Below are positions 28,030 to 42,480 of a DNA stretch of 64,000 nt, piece after piece. Origin of the DNA: Eledone cirrhosa (taxonomy: Eukaryota). The stretch spans positions 41,540,001-41,604,000 of the forward strand of contig OZ024745.1 in assembly GCA_964016885.1 (NCBI GenBank), in the 5' to 3' direction. The notes below the pieces were generated by a model. It worked only from the letters and a program-made list of their open reading frames with translations. It had not been told where the DNA came from and ran no database searches. Every line of letters begins with the position of its first letter. The first letter of the stretch is position 1. The position numbers were made by a program, and so were the translations under genes.

Positions 28030-28762
28030 TAGTTACCGTGAATGGTCACGTGGCTACAATCTACGATAGCGCCGTATCCTTCAATGTTTCTGCACGTTCC
28101 TCTCTAATTCTATCACTTCATGTTTCTTTCCCAACACTCTCATTTCCGCCGTTTAGCGCACCTGTAATTTCCGTGACATTCTTGTCCATAGTTCTTCTCC
28201 CTTCTCACTTAAGAGTCGCCCTGACTCTTCCCTATTACTGCTTCTACTGTCCAATCATTGCCAATCTCAACTTCCTCAACAATCAGAACCATCATTCATT
28301 CCACATCCCTCACTCTTTTTACCTATACCTCCACGAATATCATCTATGCCCTTCAGTCTTCACTCTGGGGATCCATCTACATCGAACAAACAGACGTTCC
28401 TTCGATCACTCCTTTTAACAAATCTCAGGTGCCGATCTTATCTTACACAATAGACAAGCAGCCAGCTGCTTCGAGACGGAGCAAGAATTGTTATTTCGAA
28501 TGTAACCACCATCCCAAACGGGCTTAACTTTCCAACACAGTTTCCATCAATTAAACATACGTGCCTGACTCCTACACTCACGCCCACACCACAACACACA
28601 CCACACATCTGCACTAACATTTCCATCACTCGATGATATTCACACCATTCACCCATCGGGCCCACAACACACAAGATTAAGCATTCTCCGCATGCAAGTA
28701 CACGCATACATACATACATACATACATACATACATACATACATACATACATACATACATACA

Positions 28763-28790
<28 letters not shown>

Positions 28791-28794
<4 letters not shown>

Positions 28795-29240
28795 CGATAT
28801 TGACAAATGGAAACTATATTTATAAAACCATATTTATTTCATTATACATATTTCAAGGATACCAAGTTAAATTATGGTATGCCTTCATCAGACAAAATAC
28901 AATATATACCAGTTTTATAAATAAACATTGACGTACCCTTTCAAAATGCGACCGTTACTTTTGGAAGACTATCCTGATGTCTTCCAAAAGTAACGGTTGC
29001 ATTTTGAAAGGGTACGTCAATGTTTATTTATAAAACTGGTATATATTGTATTTTGTCTGATGAAGGCATACCATAATTTAACTTGGTATCCTTGAAATAT
29101 GTATAATGAAATAAATATGGTTTTATAAATATAGTTTCCATTTGACAATATCGTATATCTACTCCAAATACTTGTCGAGTGCTTTATATCAGTTATAAAA
29201 ATATTTGTTTGTTGTATCCCAACAATTTAAATAGAACTTT

Positions 29241-29244
<4 letters not shown>
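28791..29244. mobile_element. Palindromic hammerhead-containing PLE-like element, copy 2
   Basis: Arms 28791-28969 and 28979-29157 with spacer TATCCTGAT, tail to 29244, then (TA)n. (CATA)n lies on the left. Confidence 0.85.
29049..29113 (+). ncRNA. Hammerhead ribozyme motif (mirror copy on minus strand at 28835-28899)
   Basis: tattttgt-CTGATGA-aggcatacca(loop)tggtatcctt-GAAA-T-atgt-A-TA-atgaaata. Confidence 0.78.
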
Positions 29245-29317
<73 letters not shown>

Positions 29318-29646
29318 AATTCCCGCTATACTAAGTGAGTTAGTAATCATCCTCTCGTAGATAAAACTAACTCAGTTGAAAATTGAAGACGATAATTAAA
29401 TTAAATGAAATAAAAGAAAAATAGATATCTGTAATTAATTTGAAATAGGGAAATTGAATAGTTGTCTGTTGTGTAAAGAGTATTAATATCACCCGGCAAC
29501 GTTCGGTGAGTCTTTTTGTCTTCGCTGTCTCAAATTATTTCTTATAATGTCTGATTTGATCTATATATATGTGTGTGTGTCTGTGTGTGTATGTATGTGT
29601 GTGTCTGTGTGTGTGTGTGTGTGATACATATGCATATGTGTGTATG

Positions 29647-29729
<83 letters not shown>

Positions 29730-30142
29730 ATAGATCTGTCTATATATGTATGAGTGCGTGTACGTGTTTAGATTCAATTATAACGAATGCAGGTGAAACA
29801 GAAAACAATAACATTAGAAGGCAGACGAAAAAAAAGGAAAGAGTGAAAATAAGAGTGTCAGGGAGGGTGAGAATTAAAGAGAGAGAGAGAGAGAGAGAGA
29901 GAAACAAACAATAAAAAACAGGAATTAAGAATGAAAATGAACGAATGAATGAATGATCGAAAAATAATGAAAATAAAACTGTGTGGAAAGATGTGTAGGT
30001 GTGTGTGTGTGAGAGAGAGGGGCGGGTTCAAAGTAGGTGTATGTGAGGGGGTGTCTAGGAGGTGTGTGTATGTGTGATAGACACAAAGTGAGAGAAACAG
30101 AGAGAAAAAAGCGAAAGAGAAAAGGTAAGTCAAAAATGAAAA

Positions 30143-30365
30143 TAATTGTTTCTACTTTTGGCTCAAGGCCAACAATTAGAATGGTAATGAATAGTTGAAT
30201 AAATCGAACCCAGTGCATTACTGGTACTTTATTTAATTGACCCTGTAAGGATGAAAAACAAAGCTAACCTCGGTTGAATTTGAACTCAAAACGTGAAGGG
30301 ACGTAAATATATATCGCAAAGCATCTTGTCCGATGCTCTACTGATACGGCCAATCCACCAGCCTA
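30143..30365 (-). mobile_element. tRNA-derived SINE (Meta-like domain), near full length
   Basis: Minus strand has the B-box-like GAGTTCAAAT followed by the shared central domain. Confidence 0.75.
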
Positions 30366-31405
30366 GATATGAAAATGATTTTTCAAAAAACAAGGACGGT
30401 TGGCTAAAAGAGAGAGTGTGTGTATGTGTGTGTGAAAAAGAGATTGACGATGTGTGGAAGAAGAGAAAGAGAGAAAGAAACAAAGCCTGAAATGAAGGAA
30501 AGTTAAGTGAGTGAGATGTGTGCCAAAAATATAAAATAAAAACATGGCTCATTGAACTTTATCAAAAACTAAAAGTTATTTTGTGTTTTTCTTTAGTAAC
30601 TTCCATTATTCACTTCTTACATTCTGGCTGCATGTTCCAACTTAAAAATGGATTAAGATGAGCTTAATTTATTTTTATCTCCCTTTATAATTGTGTTTTC
30701 TTGCTTTTATCGATTTATTCTTCTAACAAAAAGGGGGTATCTTGCTTCTTTGATGATTTTCAGCTTTCAACAGTTATTTTTTCTTACCTTATCCGTTTCG
30801 TGTGTCATAAGTAACTAATTTTGAGGTATTTGATATCGTCGTCGCCTGCCTTCTTCTTCTTCTTCTTCTTCTTCTTCTTCTTCTTCTTCTTCTTCTTCTT
30901 CTTCTTCTTCTTCTTCTTCTTCTTCTTCTTCTTCTTCTTCGTTATGTATATATATATATATTTATATATATGTGTGTGTGTGAGAGTGTGTGTGTGCTTC
31001 TATGTCTAGGTGTGTATGTGTAGGTGTGATTGAGACATCGCTGTCTACTTTTTACCTCTCGAGGGAATACTTTACCTGATTTTCTCAAATATTATTTATA
31101 GTAATATAAGTATTATAGTCATTTGCAGTGGGACGATTGCATTTCACACGCACACACACATATATATATATATATATGTGTGGGTGTGTGTGTGTGTGTG
31201 TGTGTGATTTATTCATATGCGATTGTGACCTATAATGTCGAATGAAGTTTCACCAGCAGCGAAAGACACGGCCACCATGCATGTACACGTGAAAAAAAAA
31301 CATTTTGATTATTTTACCATATCGTGTCGTAGTCACTTTTTGTTACCTATTGTTGTTTAAGGTTCCTTAAGTTCCTTCTAAAAAAAATGTATGCGTGCGT
31401 GTGGT

Positions 31406-31508
<103 letters not shown>

Positions 31509-32552
31509 AATGAACGATATTTTTTTTACTTATGATGTAATAACGAATAACAACTGATTGAAATCGACTGTGTCGACTGATTGAAATCTGAGTAGAGTAG
31601 CATCTGATCTGGAGTTTCGCCGTAAGACAGAAATACAAAGCTTTGGTCCATTTTACGTTCTAACGACTCTGTAAACTCGCCGCCTATACATATAAATACA
31701 CACGACGGAACATGAACAACTAGCAGTGTCGTAAAGTTGTTGTCTGGCAAATTTGAGGAAGGGCATAGCCCATCATATTGAACCAGTACTTCACTAGTAT
31801 TTTATTTCATCAACCACCATAATGGTGAAAGACATAGTGAAAGCTAGTCAGATTGGAACTCAAAACAAAAATTAGTGCAATGCATTTTATCCGACTTTTG
31901 AAGGAATTCTACCATCCCAGCATTGGAAAATCGATGTTTCTTTTTAATGCTGGTGGACAATTCAATTTCATTTGTGGACATGTCCTACAGATGTGTGTGC
32001 TCTGCCAATGTGATTTATTTAAAACAACGGCTTTCAGAAGGGATGTCATAGGCAAAGCTAGCGATGCTGTGAGCTCTCATCTATAGTTTATTGTTATTCA
32101 GTATTTGCACAATAAAAATGCCGTGTACCTTAAGCCATATTTCTAATGAAAGATACTGCCTATAATTTTCAAATAATCTTTAAACAACCAAGAATTTTTT
32201 GGAATTTAGTAAATTTTCTCTTTATTAATAAGAATATAACTTAACAAAAGTTTCTTACATAAAATTAGGAAGAGGAGATTTTCGATAGATAAAAACATTT
32301 TAAAATAAATAGTTTTGTATCGTTTTGATTTAGTCGATTTGTTACTAAAAGGAAGCTAGGTTTACGAGGTTAAAGAAATGTGAGAAACCGAGGGTCTTAG
32401 GTATAAGATGAAGTCTTCAGCGGTGCCTTTATCATTAAGTATCTTACCAATGACGCCCAATCTGCCAGGTCTATTGCATGTGAACCAGTTTTGTGCGAGG
32501 CCATACTAACTTCTTTTTAACAAAGTAATTTTATATTACTATATATTTAAAT

Positions 32553-32852
32553 AATTATTTCTACTATTGGCACAAGGCCAGCAATTATCCCAGTGTATTA
32601 CTGGTACTTTATTTTATCGACCCCGTAAGGATGAGAGGCAAAGTTAACCTCGGCAGGATTTGAACTCAGACCGTAAAGGGACGTAACTATGCTGGAAAGC
32701 ATGGTGTCCTACCTTCTACCGATACTGTCAATACACCGCCATATATATTTTAATAATTGTTTCTACTTTTGGCACAAGGCCAGCAATAACCCAGTGTATT
32801 ACTGGTACTTTATTTTATCGACCCCGTAAGTTAACCTCGGCGGGATTTGAAA
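32553..32852 (-). mobile_element. Two tandem copies of the same SINE (32553-32742, 32752-32852)
   Basis: Repeated TTTCTACT-TTGGCACAAGGCCAGCAAT...CCCAGTGTATTACTGGTACTTTATTTTATCGACCCCGTAAG. Confidence 0.8.
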
Positions 32853-33974
32853 TAATGCATATAAATAGCATAGCTAAATAGTTAAGAACTTCGCATTGTA
32901 ATTATGAGGTCATAGATCTGATACGACTGCGTGCCGTCTTCGGTAGCTTCGAGTTGACCCAAGCTATGTGAGTGATTATTGGATATACGGGAACTGTCTT
33001 CTTCTTCTTCTTCTTCTTCTTCTTCTTCTTCTTCTGCCCCCTCCCCGTCCTCCTCTTCTTCTTCCGCTTCTTCTTGCGTATGGCACTGCAATTAGGTGAC
33101 GTCCACCAGGCGCTTCAATGAGCTCACGGTAGAGGAGTTACGGTGCAACACTCTCTGGCGGACGGAGATCCGATTTGTGTATGGCTGTATTGAATCGGTC
33201 GACACTTGTGCGAAGAGAACTATACTGCAGACCAACGGATCGAATGTACCGCTATTTCAAATGTCCAGCTTCGTTTTATATCATGTCTCACTGATTTTAC
33301 TTGGAAATTACGTTATGGGTATACATGTCTCCGGAATACTCAACCACTTACGCCATAGTAGAAAATTGATTCTACCTGTAATCCTAAGGTCCAGCTTTGT
33401 GACATTGGGTTGCGCTAACCACTTTAACGTTAATTTATGAGTTGGACATTCAGCTGACCGAACAACTGAAGGCGCATCATCGAAACTGGTGGAAGATCCA
33501 TCATCATCATTTACTACTATCATCATCATCATCAGCAGCACCATCACCATCATCATCATCATCATCATCATCATCGTCAGCATCAGCAGCATTAGCAGCA
33601 GTATTATCAGCATCGTAATGAGAACAAAATAGTTGTGTATCCTTCTATATACCTTACTCTATTCCAGCTGCTGCAGCAACACAGCATCAGCTACCCTGAG
33701 CAAAGCAATGCATTCAACATCTCTAGCGGGGAATGGTAAATCTTACAACACACCTTTAATGACAATTACGTCAAATTGTCTTTCTATACGATAAAAGGGG
33801 TCAATATTGTATCATCTAGCAATATTTATGGCAGGGGTGGAGTGGTAACGCACGCGTGGGGTTTTCATTTAGCGTTTCAAACACGAATGAATTATCACTT
33901 CTCCTTGATTCTCAAGAGAATATATCTAATAATTTTGTTCCTACAGCACTTTACATGTAGGTAACAAGCCGCAT

Positions 33975-34051
<77 letters not shown>

Positions 34052-35344
34052 TACTTATGTGCACACAAATCGCCGTTCAGAAACTCCTACATACTATGTA
34101 TGTGTTTATGCGTATATGTGTTTGTTTATGTGTGTGAGTATTGTTAGAGTTGTATGTGTGGAGAGTGAACGAGAGAGAGATGTAGAATATACACGGAGAG
34201 TCCATTACGTTTGCAGCTTGGATGATGTCTTTCGCTTGGCTTTACAAATTAAGATTAATTGAGAAGCTATTTGTGAATTTACATAGAGAAACCTTGATAC
34301 TACCATAATTCCGTCCTCCTCCAATCACCGACGTCACCACTACATCCATTTCTTGTACATCATTTTCGTCACCCTCTAACCTCCTTTTCTTCACATCTAA
34401 ATCACTTCCTTTTGTTATCTCCCCTTTGTTCTCTCGATGAATGCCTTTAACATGTTTCAGGTGATAAATTGATATTTAATTTCAATGATCAAATTAGTTT
34501 TCAAACTCTTCTAGTAGCCATATCATATTAGGGTGTGCAGATGGTGTAGGAAGAGGAAAGAGAGAGCATTGGGGACTTTGACTCCAGTTAGGTTGAAAGG
34601 CATATATACACATCCATCATCATCATAACGATCATTAATATCATCATTATGATGATGATCATCATCATCATCATCCCGTTCATATGTTCAAGCATGGATC
34701 AGCTTGACAACTATAACTATATATATAGAAGTATGACTGTATGCGTGTGTGACGTGTGTGTGTGTGTCCGTGTATATGTGTATGTGTGTGTGTGTATCCG
34801 TGTATATGTGTGTGTATGTGTGTGTCGATGTGTGTGTATTTATATATCAAGTACTCAATATCATAGTATAAATTAATAGTTTACGAAGCCTAATCAAAAG
34901 GCCTGTTTAAAGCGCGACTACCGTGAATCAGCCTTAGTAAACTAGTAATCTTTTTTTGGTAATCAAGTACTCATTTGCCCGTTCACCGATCCTAAACGGA
35001 TACAAACCACAAACTATTGATCCTTGGCAATGACAGTAAAATGTCAAATATAATCTTTGGCTTCACACCACTGCTGTTCTGAATACAAACCCCGGTTTTG
35101 TTCATGTTGAATTCCATCCAGTTTCGGGAATATACTTAAGGAGGAAAAGGAAAATCGATGGATGGATGGATGGATGGATGGATGGATGGATGGATGGATG
35201 GATGGATGGATCCTCCGTCAGTTTCAACGGTGAGCATTTAGTTCTTCGCTCAACTAAACGTTTTTCTTGGGAAGTGTACCCTTCAGACAAAATCAGAGTG
35301 ACAGCATATGCGACAAGCTGGTGTATTGAACTACAAATACAGTC

Positions 35345-35512
35345 CATCCGACGAACTTCTAAACAGTTTCTTTCAACTCAATTTAACTAACAAGGCTTAC
35401 GTTGACCCGAGGCTATGGTAAAGACACTTGTTGATGACACCATACAGTGGGATCGAACCCAATGCCTCGTGATAGCGAGGCGAACTTCTTAAATACTCAG
35501 CCATATCCGCAA
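35345..35512 (-). mobile_element. Second tRNA-derived SINE family
   Basis: A box TGGCTGAGT, B box GGTTCGATCCC, then AAGTGTCTT...TAGCCTCGGG. Related pieces occur at about 9480-9650, 32870-32997, 43910-44045 and 44310-44385. Confidence 0.7.
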
Positions 35513-35541
35513 CTAAATGCCTAGATATAATCGACTATCAA

Positions 35542-35880
35542 GCGCAGGCAATGACAGTGTAATTAAGGAGTTCGCTTTTCAACAGCGTGATTAGGGTTTC
35601 AATCCTAATTCGTGACACCTTGCGCAAGTATCTTGTACTATTTACTCAAATTGATCAGTGCCTTGTGAGTAAAACATGATAGACAGAAACTTTAGAAGCA
35701 GCTCGTGTGTGTGTATGTGGGAGTGTTCGTAGTTTAACGTTCGTAGTTTAACTACAAAAAGAGATTGATAAAATAAGTACCAGACTTGAAAGGGTACGTA
35801 TTGAGATTGATATGATCGCCAATAAGGCTGGCCCTAACATGACTGCTGTGTAATGGTTGAAAAACCAATAAAAGTAAAAT
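35542..35880 (+). mobile_element. Second SINE family copy, head-to-head with the previous one
   Basis: GGGTTTCAATCC...CACCTTGCGCAAGTATCTT...GCCTTGTGAGT...GAAACT. Confidence 0.65.
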
Positions 35881-36741
35881 GGGAAATAACTCTCTAACTA
35901 AAAAAAAGAGTTAATTCCCTTAGATGTGATTTAACTGAATTAATTATGTTTGATGCATTATTGCTGATTTTACAATTTCTACTATTACTACTATTTTTAC
36001 TATTATTGCTACTAATAATACTATTAAGGAGGGGGATGAGGAGGTCATTTGATCTGTTAGAAATAGCAACCAAGTCTCTTTCAGCATTACACATTATTGA
36101 CTAGAAATAGGAAAGAGACATTAAATAATATGGTCGGTACCGTATGTTCACTGCGAATATGCGAATAGAAATCAATGGAGAGAATGAACTTTTTCCCACT
36201 GTTTAATCAGGGAGATTAGGGCAATACCTATCACCCTTTTCGGGGACTCTGACACTGAATCGGAAGGAAGTTAGTTTGAATGCTTTCCACCTGGTCTGAT
36301 TACTTGCAATAGAGTGAACTCCGCGATATGAGCTTTTAACTTAAAACGCAAACAAAGACTGGAACAAGTACCTCAAGGCAATTCCTCTGATGCTCTAGCG
36401 ATTTCTCCAAACCATTGCCCTAAACATTTATTTTGTTATTTAGACCCAGAAAGAATAGTAAACAAAGTTGACGTCAGTGGAATTTGAAATCAAAGTCTAG
36501 AGAGCAAATACCGTTCGAATCTTGTTTATTTTATTGGTTTATTTCATAGGGTTTATATTTATGAGAGAAAATAGAACGGGTTATGCAATTTTAAATCGTT
36601 AATAGCGTTTAAAAAGGTGAAGCAAATTCACTTGAGATTGAAACCAACCTTCTCCAGACATGAATACAGCAGATTTCTTCCAGAGAAAGATAGAAAGTGA
36701 GAAGGAGGAACTGTGAAAGGGATATAGAGGAAGAATCGACC

Positions 36742-36895
36742 ACAGTGCTAGACTGGTACTTTTTTTTTATCGACCTCGAAGGGATGAAAGGCGTAGTTGA
36801 CCTCGGCGGGATTTGAACTCAGTGAAGAGAAAGCCGAAACGAATACTATAAAGCTTTCTATCCGACGTTCTAAGGAATCTGCCAATTCGCCGCCA
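36742..36895 (-). mobile_element. SINE (Meta-like domain)
   Basis: TATCGACCTCGAAGGGATGAAAGGC...GACCTCGGCGGGATTTGAACTCAG. Confidence 0.7.
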
Positions 36896-37254
36896 ACCAC
36901 CTGTTAAACGATATACAAAAAAACGCGGGACGACCACTGCTTGAACGCTTTTAATCATAGGTCTGTTCGATCAGGACTGACCTGGGGCTAAATAAAAATA
37001 CCATTAACTGAGACATAAGTTTAATGATACAAGTGAGTTGAAAGATTAAGTCAATACTATGGGGATTTAAAATCAGAAAGCAAAAGGAACAACTTGATAT
37101 GACAAGGCATTTCGCCCGGGGGTTTGTCGTTTCTGCCTTAGGTAATGCCATAACCCTGCAGCAGGGAACGGGTCTATTTGATTCATTTAATCTATATATT
37201 CTGACGTTGGCTGACTAGTTACTGTACTTGTTTTAGCTTTTCGTCTCTCTCTCC

Positions 37255-38004
<750 letters not shown>

Positions 38005-38191
38005 TTTTGACGCTATAGTCACTTATATAGTCACTTATATATTATGAAATACTGTTCGCTTTTTGCTACAATATTTTCTATACCTTTCATTTATATAAAT
38101 AATTATATATATATATGTGTGTGCGCACTCCACATACACATAAGCATAAACACGTGGTAAATATTCTTAAATACCATTAAATTTAATGCAT

Positions 38192-38230
<39 letters not shown>

Positions 38231-38322
38231 GGAGAGGGAGAGAGAGAGAGAGGGGGGCGGAATTATAGCTGCCAGCGTGGATTAATGAAAATAAGTGAAA
38301 ATTACTAGTGGTAAAACATTTG

Positions 38323-38367
<45 letters not shown>

Positions 38368-38375
38368 ATGTCTTC

Positions 38376-38429
<54 letters not shown>

Positions 38430-38824
38430 CATATATATATGAAGACATTGAAATATTCGACATTCTTTACAGCTAGTGAACCCATGCCGTCAATAATGGC
38501 GGCAATAATGTTGAACGTATTTAATTTTGGGGATCCAAGATTGGTATGCCATATATACTGTGTGTGCGTGTGTGGGGGGTAGTGCGTGAGTGTGAGTGTG
38601 TGTGTGTGTGTGTAAATCATTTTCACCATCACTGTACTCCCCTATTCTATCCAGGATTACCCTCACCCTGCTTTCGCCTTCACATCATCCTGTTAAATCT
38701 CATCACCCCATCATACATTCATAACAATATACTTGTCACTTCACTTTCCACCTAGTTCACCCTACTTTCCTCTCTACTATTGCTCTTTAGTCATGATTCG
38801 CACCCGTAATGCCTCTCCCGCCGA

Positions 38825-38907
<83 letters not shown>

Positions 38908-39612
38908 CTGAGGATCTCCCACACTAATGATAGGTCCTTAGTATCTGGTGTCATACTCACCCTACTCTGTCTGAATTCACTCCTATATCTCCTCCTTTTA
39001 CATCTCCCTGCCCAAGTCAACACAATTGTTATAATTACATAGCACTTTTCCCCCTCACATCTACCCTTAATTCCCACCACACATGTCATCATGACACCAT
39101 ACTTGTCATCCTCCCCTACCACCCATTTATTGTCACTCACACTTGACATCATTCTTATAATCCGTCTTTATATCCCCTCCACTATCCCTAGACATGTTTT
39201 ACTTGAAGCAGCTTATCACCTACCCACTCCATAAGGCAGTGAGGGTTCTTCAGTTAAGTCAATAACTGACAACATCTCTAGTGTTTGTGCAGCGCAATAT
39301 GCACTCTGTGAAGTGGTAAGCGTTATGAAGAACATCAAACAAAAGCTTGTGTCAAGGGCACAACAAACTTCCTAGTGAGGCGCCAAGATACATCGCACTC
39401 AATACTGTATTGGAGATAAGGAGGGCAACTAGGGTCCAGAAGACTCTTCAGTTATGTCAAAGACATGATAACCTCACTAGTGCTGATACCACGGTAACTG
39501 CACCCAATGCATTCTGATATGTTAGGGGCTGGCGATTAGGAACTGACGAACACATTGCTAATAGAGAAAATAGACTTTAAATGAAGCTAATGTTGTTGCT
39601 GATGATGGGATC

Positions 39613-39713
<101 letters not shown>

Positions 39714-40659
39714 GAGAGAGAGAGAGAGGTATATATATAGATATATAGATATATATATAGATATATTTAATACATTAACAGAGAAAGCTTTAAGCAATAC
39801 TCCGACCGACTTCCGTCTCACTCAACAAACATTAGGATATACCTTAGTATAATCCCAATTATACGTTTGGGGTGCTAACTATACGTATTTTGAGGATAGA
39901 CAGTTGTATTATTTTATATGAGACATAATTAAATACATCCCGCTTTCCAAACGATCGTTTCATTATAAGTTTCTACAAGTTGGGAAAATAATGTCCAGGT
40001 TATGTAGAAGCCTACACATAGTCTACAGTGGATGCCCAACAATATCGATATAAAAAAAACCCTACCGATATTAACATTCAGCCATGGTACCCGTCAGTGT
40101 TAGAGTGACCGCCTAATTTGAAATTCCAGCAGTCTCACAAAGAGAAATCTCACACCGTCACCAAGCGGGAAGGGGAGGTCATCGCAAAACATAAAAGGAT
40201 AAAATAATATGCACGCAGGTCAATTAATTCTGTCAAGAATTTTAACGATGCGTGAAGAACTCAATTGGATATAAAAAAAATAAATATATGCATGTATTAT
40301 TTATACATGCATATAGGTATTTTCTCAGGCTAAAAACAGAGACAAGATACCGGAAAAACAATCAATATTTCATACAAAGAATAAATAAAGAAAGTCATAC
40401 CTAAAAATATCTGGAAATGTTCATCTCTGGCCAATTCAAGAGTATAATATTTAATACATTAACAGAGAAATCTTTATAGATATATACGTGTGTGTGTGTG
40501 TCGGTGATATTCAAACCAATAACCATACATACTTTTCTACACAGAGTTTATTCATCAAAGAAATAATTGTATCGAAGTGGCATTTTTTTTTCACTCATGA
40601 CTGAATTTAATTCTGAACTTATTATAGAAATATGATTGAGATAGGAAATGCATGATGTG

Positions 40660-40970
40660 TACGGAGGTCGGCTGAAAAGTTCATAGGCTGACCAAGATAC
40701 TCTCATCGGATGTAGCCAAATGAGGTTTATTTTCAAAATAGGTCTCCTTTGCGGTCCACACACTTCTTCGAAGAAGCTGGCATTGATGGCGTGACCCTTT
40801 TGAAGATATATACACACAATTCCTTTTACATCTCCAAAAGCTGAGACCTTCATCTTCCCAGCAGCTGAATCACCCTTTGGAGCAGGTGAGGAGGGTGTTT
40901 CCATAACATGGATTGTCTCTTTGTCTCTGGCTCAAAGTGATGACCCCAACACTCATCCTGGGTTAGGAAA
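40660..40970 (-). mobile_element. Mariner transposon remnant (internally deleted) with one TIR
   Basis: TQDECWGHHFEPETKRQSM and PSSPAPK...AGKM...DVKGIV...YLQKGHAIN match mariner DD34D motifs. TIR-like TACGGAGGTCGGCTGAAAAGTTCATAGGCTGAC is present. Confidence 0.85.
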
Positions 40971-41049
40971 CGTCATATGTCTTCCAGTTTTGTGGCACAC
41001 TTAGGCTATGTGGTTACTTCTTCTTATCTTTCCTTATTTCTTGCATTGA

Positions 41050-42480
41050 AATCTCCACCTAGGTTCTTTTAAAAGCTGTATCCAGACTTGCAAAATAGTA
41101 TCATATGAATGACCTCTTCCAAATTCTATGATGGTTGATCTGTTTTAAAAAATCGAATCTCGAGGATATTTTTCCCAGTTTGTTCTGACCAGGACATACA
41201 TATCTGTATCTTGTGCATGCTGTGTTGCATTCTGATATATTAGCTTCAATTCTGTTTCAATTCTCAGGTCATTGAGTCTCTTCCGTATATCACCACTTGT
41301 TGTACAATCAGTGTTCCAACGTTTGCCGTTCATGAACATTTTGTTCCAGTGTCTGTATCTATGAACACTGGTGTTGCAATTTCTTGATAAGAAGAAATTC
41401 AAAGTTAATGCTTCATAACATAATTGCTGTATCTCCACTTATAAGATCTGCTGGACTACTTAAAGTACTTTAATATATCTTAGTTTAAAAAAACTGTACC
41501 GGAGCCATAACGCCTTCTTTGAGGCTTTCAGAGTATCTTCTTTGTTGCCTCATCGTCTGTTTTCAGATATTGAAAACACGACCATGAGTAGATCAGTAGA
41601 ATGTGTATAAATTAAGCATGCTGCTTCCTTGATAGCGAAATAGAATAAAAAGACTTTGCTTTACTATCTCAAAGAATGAGGCAAAATAGTGACTTGCCTC
41701 TGCATTTTGTACAAATATAGGATTCAAGCCGTGTGTGGCAATGGATATATAAAACGTTTTCACTCTTGAGAAGAATCCTTCACTGAAGCTCCTTCTACGA
41801 TCCACTCATGTTAGAAATTCCATTATGTGTCTTATCACTCGTATTTTCTATCTTTAAAGGCCATTCCACACAGTGTTTCAAAGTCATAAATTCTACATCA
41901 CGAATTTCGATCAGACATTCTTTAATTTCATTATCAGACACATAACCTCAGCTCAAAGAAGTCTGCTCAATGTTGGAAACATCTGTAGCTTTAAACATAA
42001 GAAATGAATATACTATTGCTACTTTGATTTCATTTGATATTGATTTTCTTAAACACTTAGCCAATGACATGAATAAGTCATTCATAATACGGTTTGAGAA
42101 CATTGACATCTGTGGTTTTTCTTAAGATGAGGTACATTGTACAACATCTAATTATTTCTTGGTGATCATATTTTGCAAAGAGTTGTAGCAGTTCAAAAAC
42201 GTTTCTTCTAATTAAACTTGATTTGCTTTCATCTTTAGCACTCGAACTAAGTACAACATTATGTCTAATTGCTTGAATATCATTTTTCTATTTGCCTGTG
42301 TTTATTCATTCTATAGGGCTTGATTTTGTTTATCTGCTGTTGGTTTTCAACTTACAATTATCCCAATAATTCTAAGGACTATACTAATCATGTGTGTTTC
42401 AGAGGATGCCTGCTCCTTTATTTTATCACGTACCTCATGCTATTTATTTATTCCAACTGATGTCCATGTTGTTATATTTT
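41050..42480 (-). mobile_element. Degenerate hAT (Tip100/ZMYM1-like) transposase relic
   Basis: My translation gives NVFELLQLFAKYD, NDLFMSLAKCLRKSISNEIK...ATDVSNIEQTS and IHCHTRL. Confidence 0.7.

Noticed and set aside
26748-28049. 433-aa Asn/Pro/Ser ORF
   Set aside because: It is the antisense reading of the TTANNN hexamer array, where an open frame arises automatically. There is no sign of a real gene.
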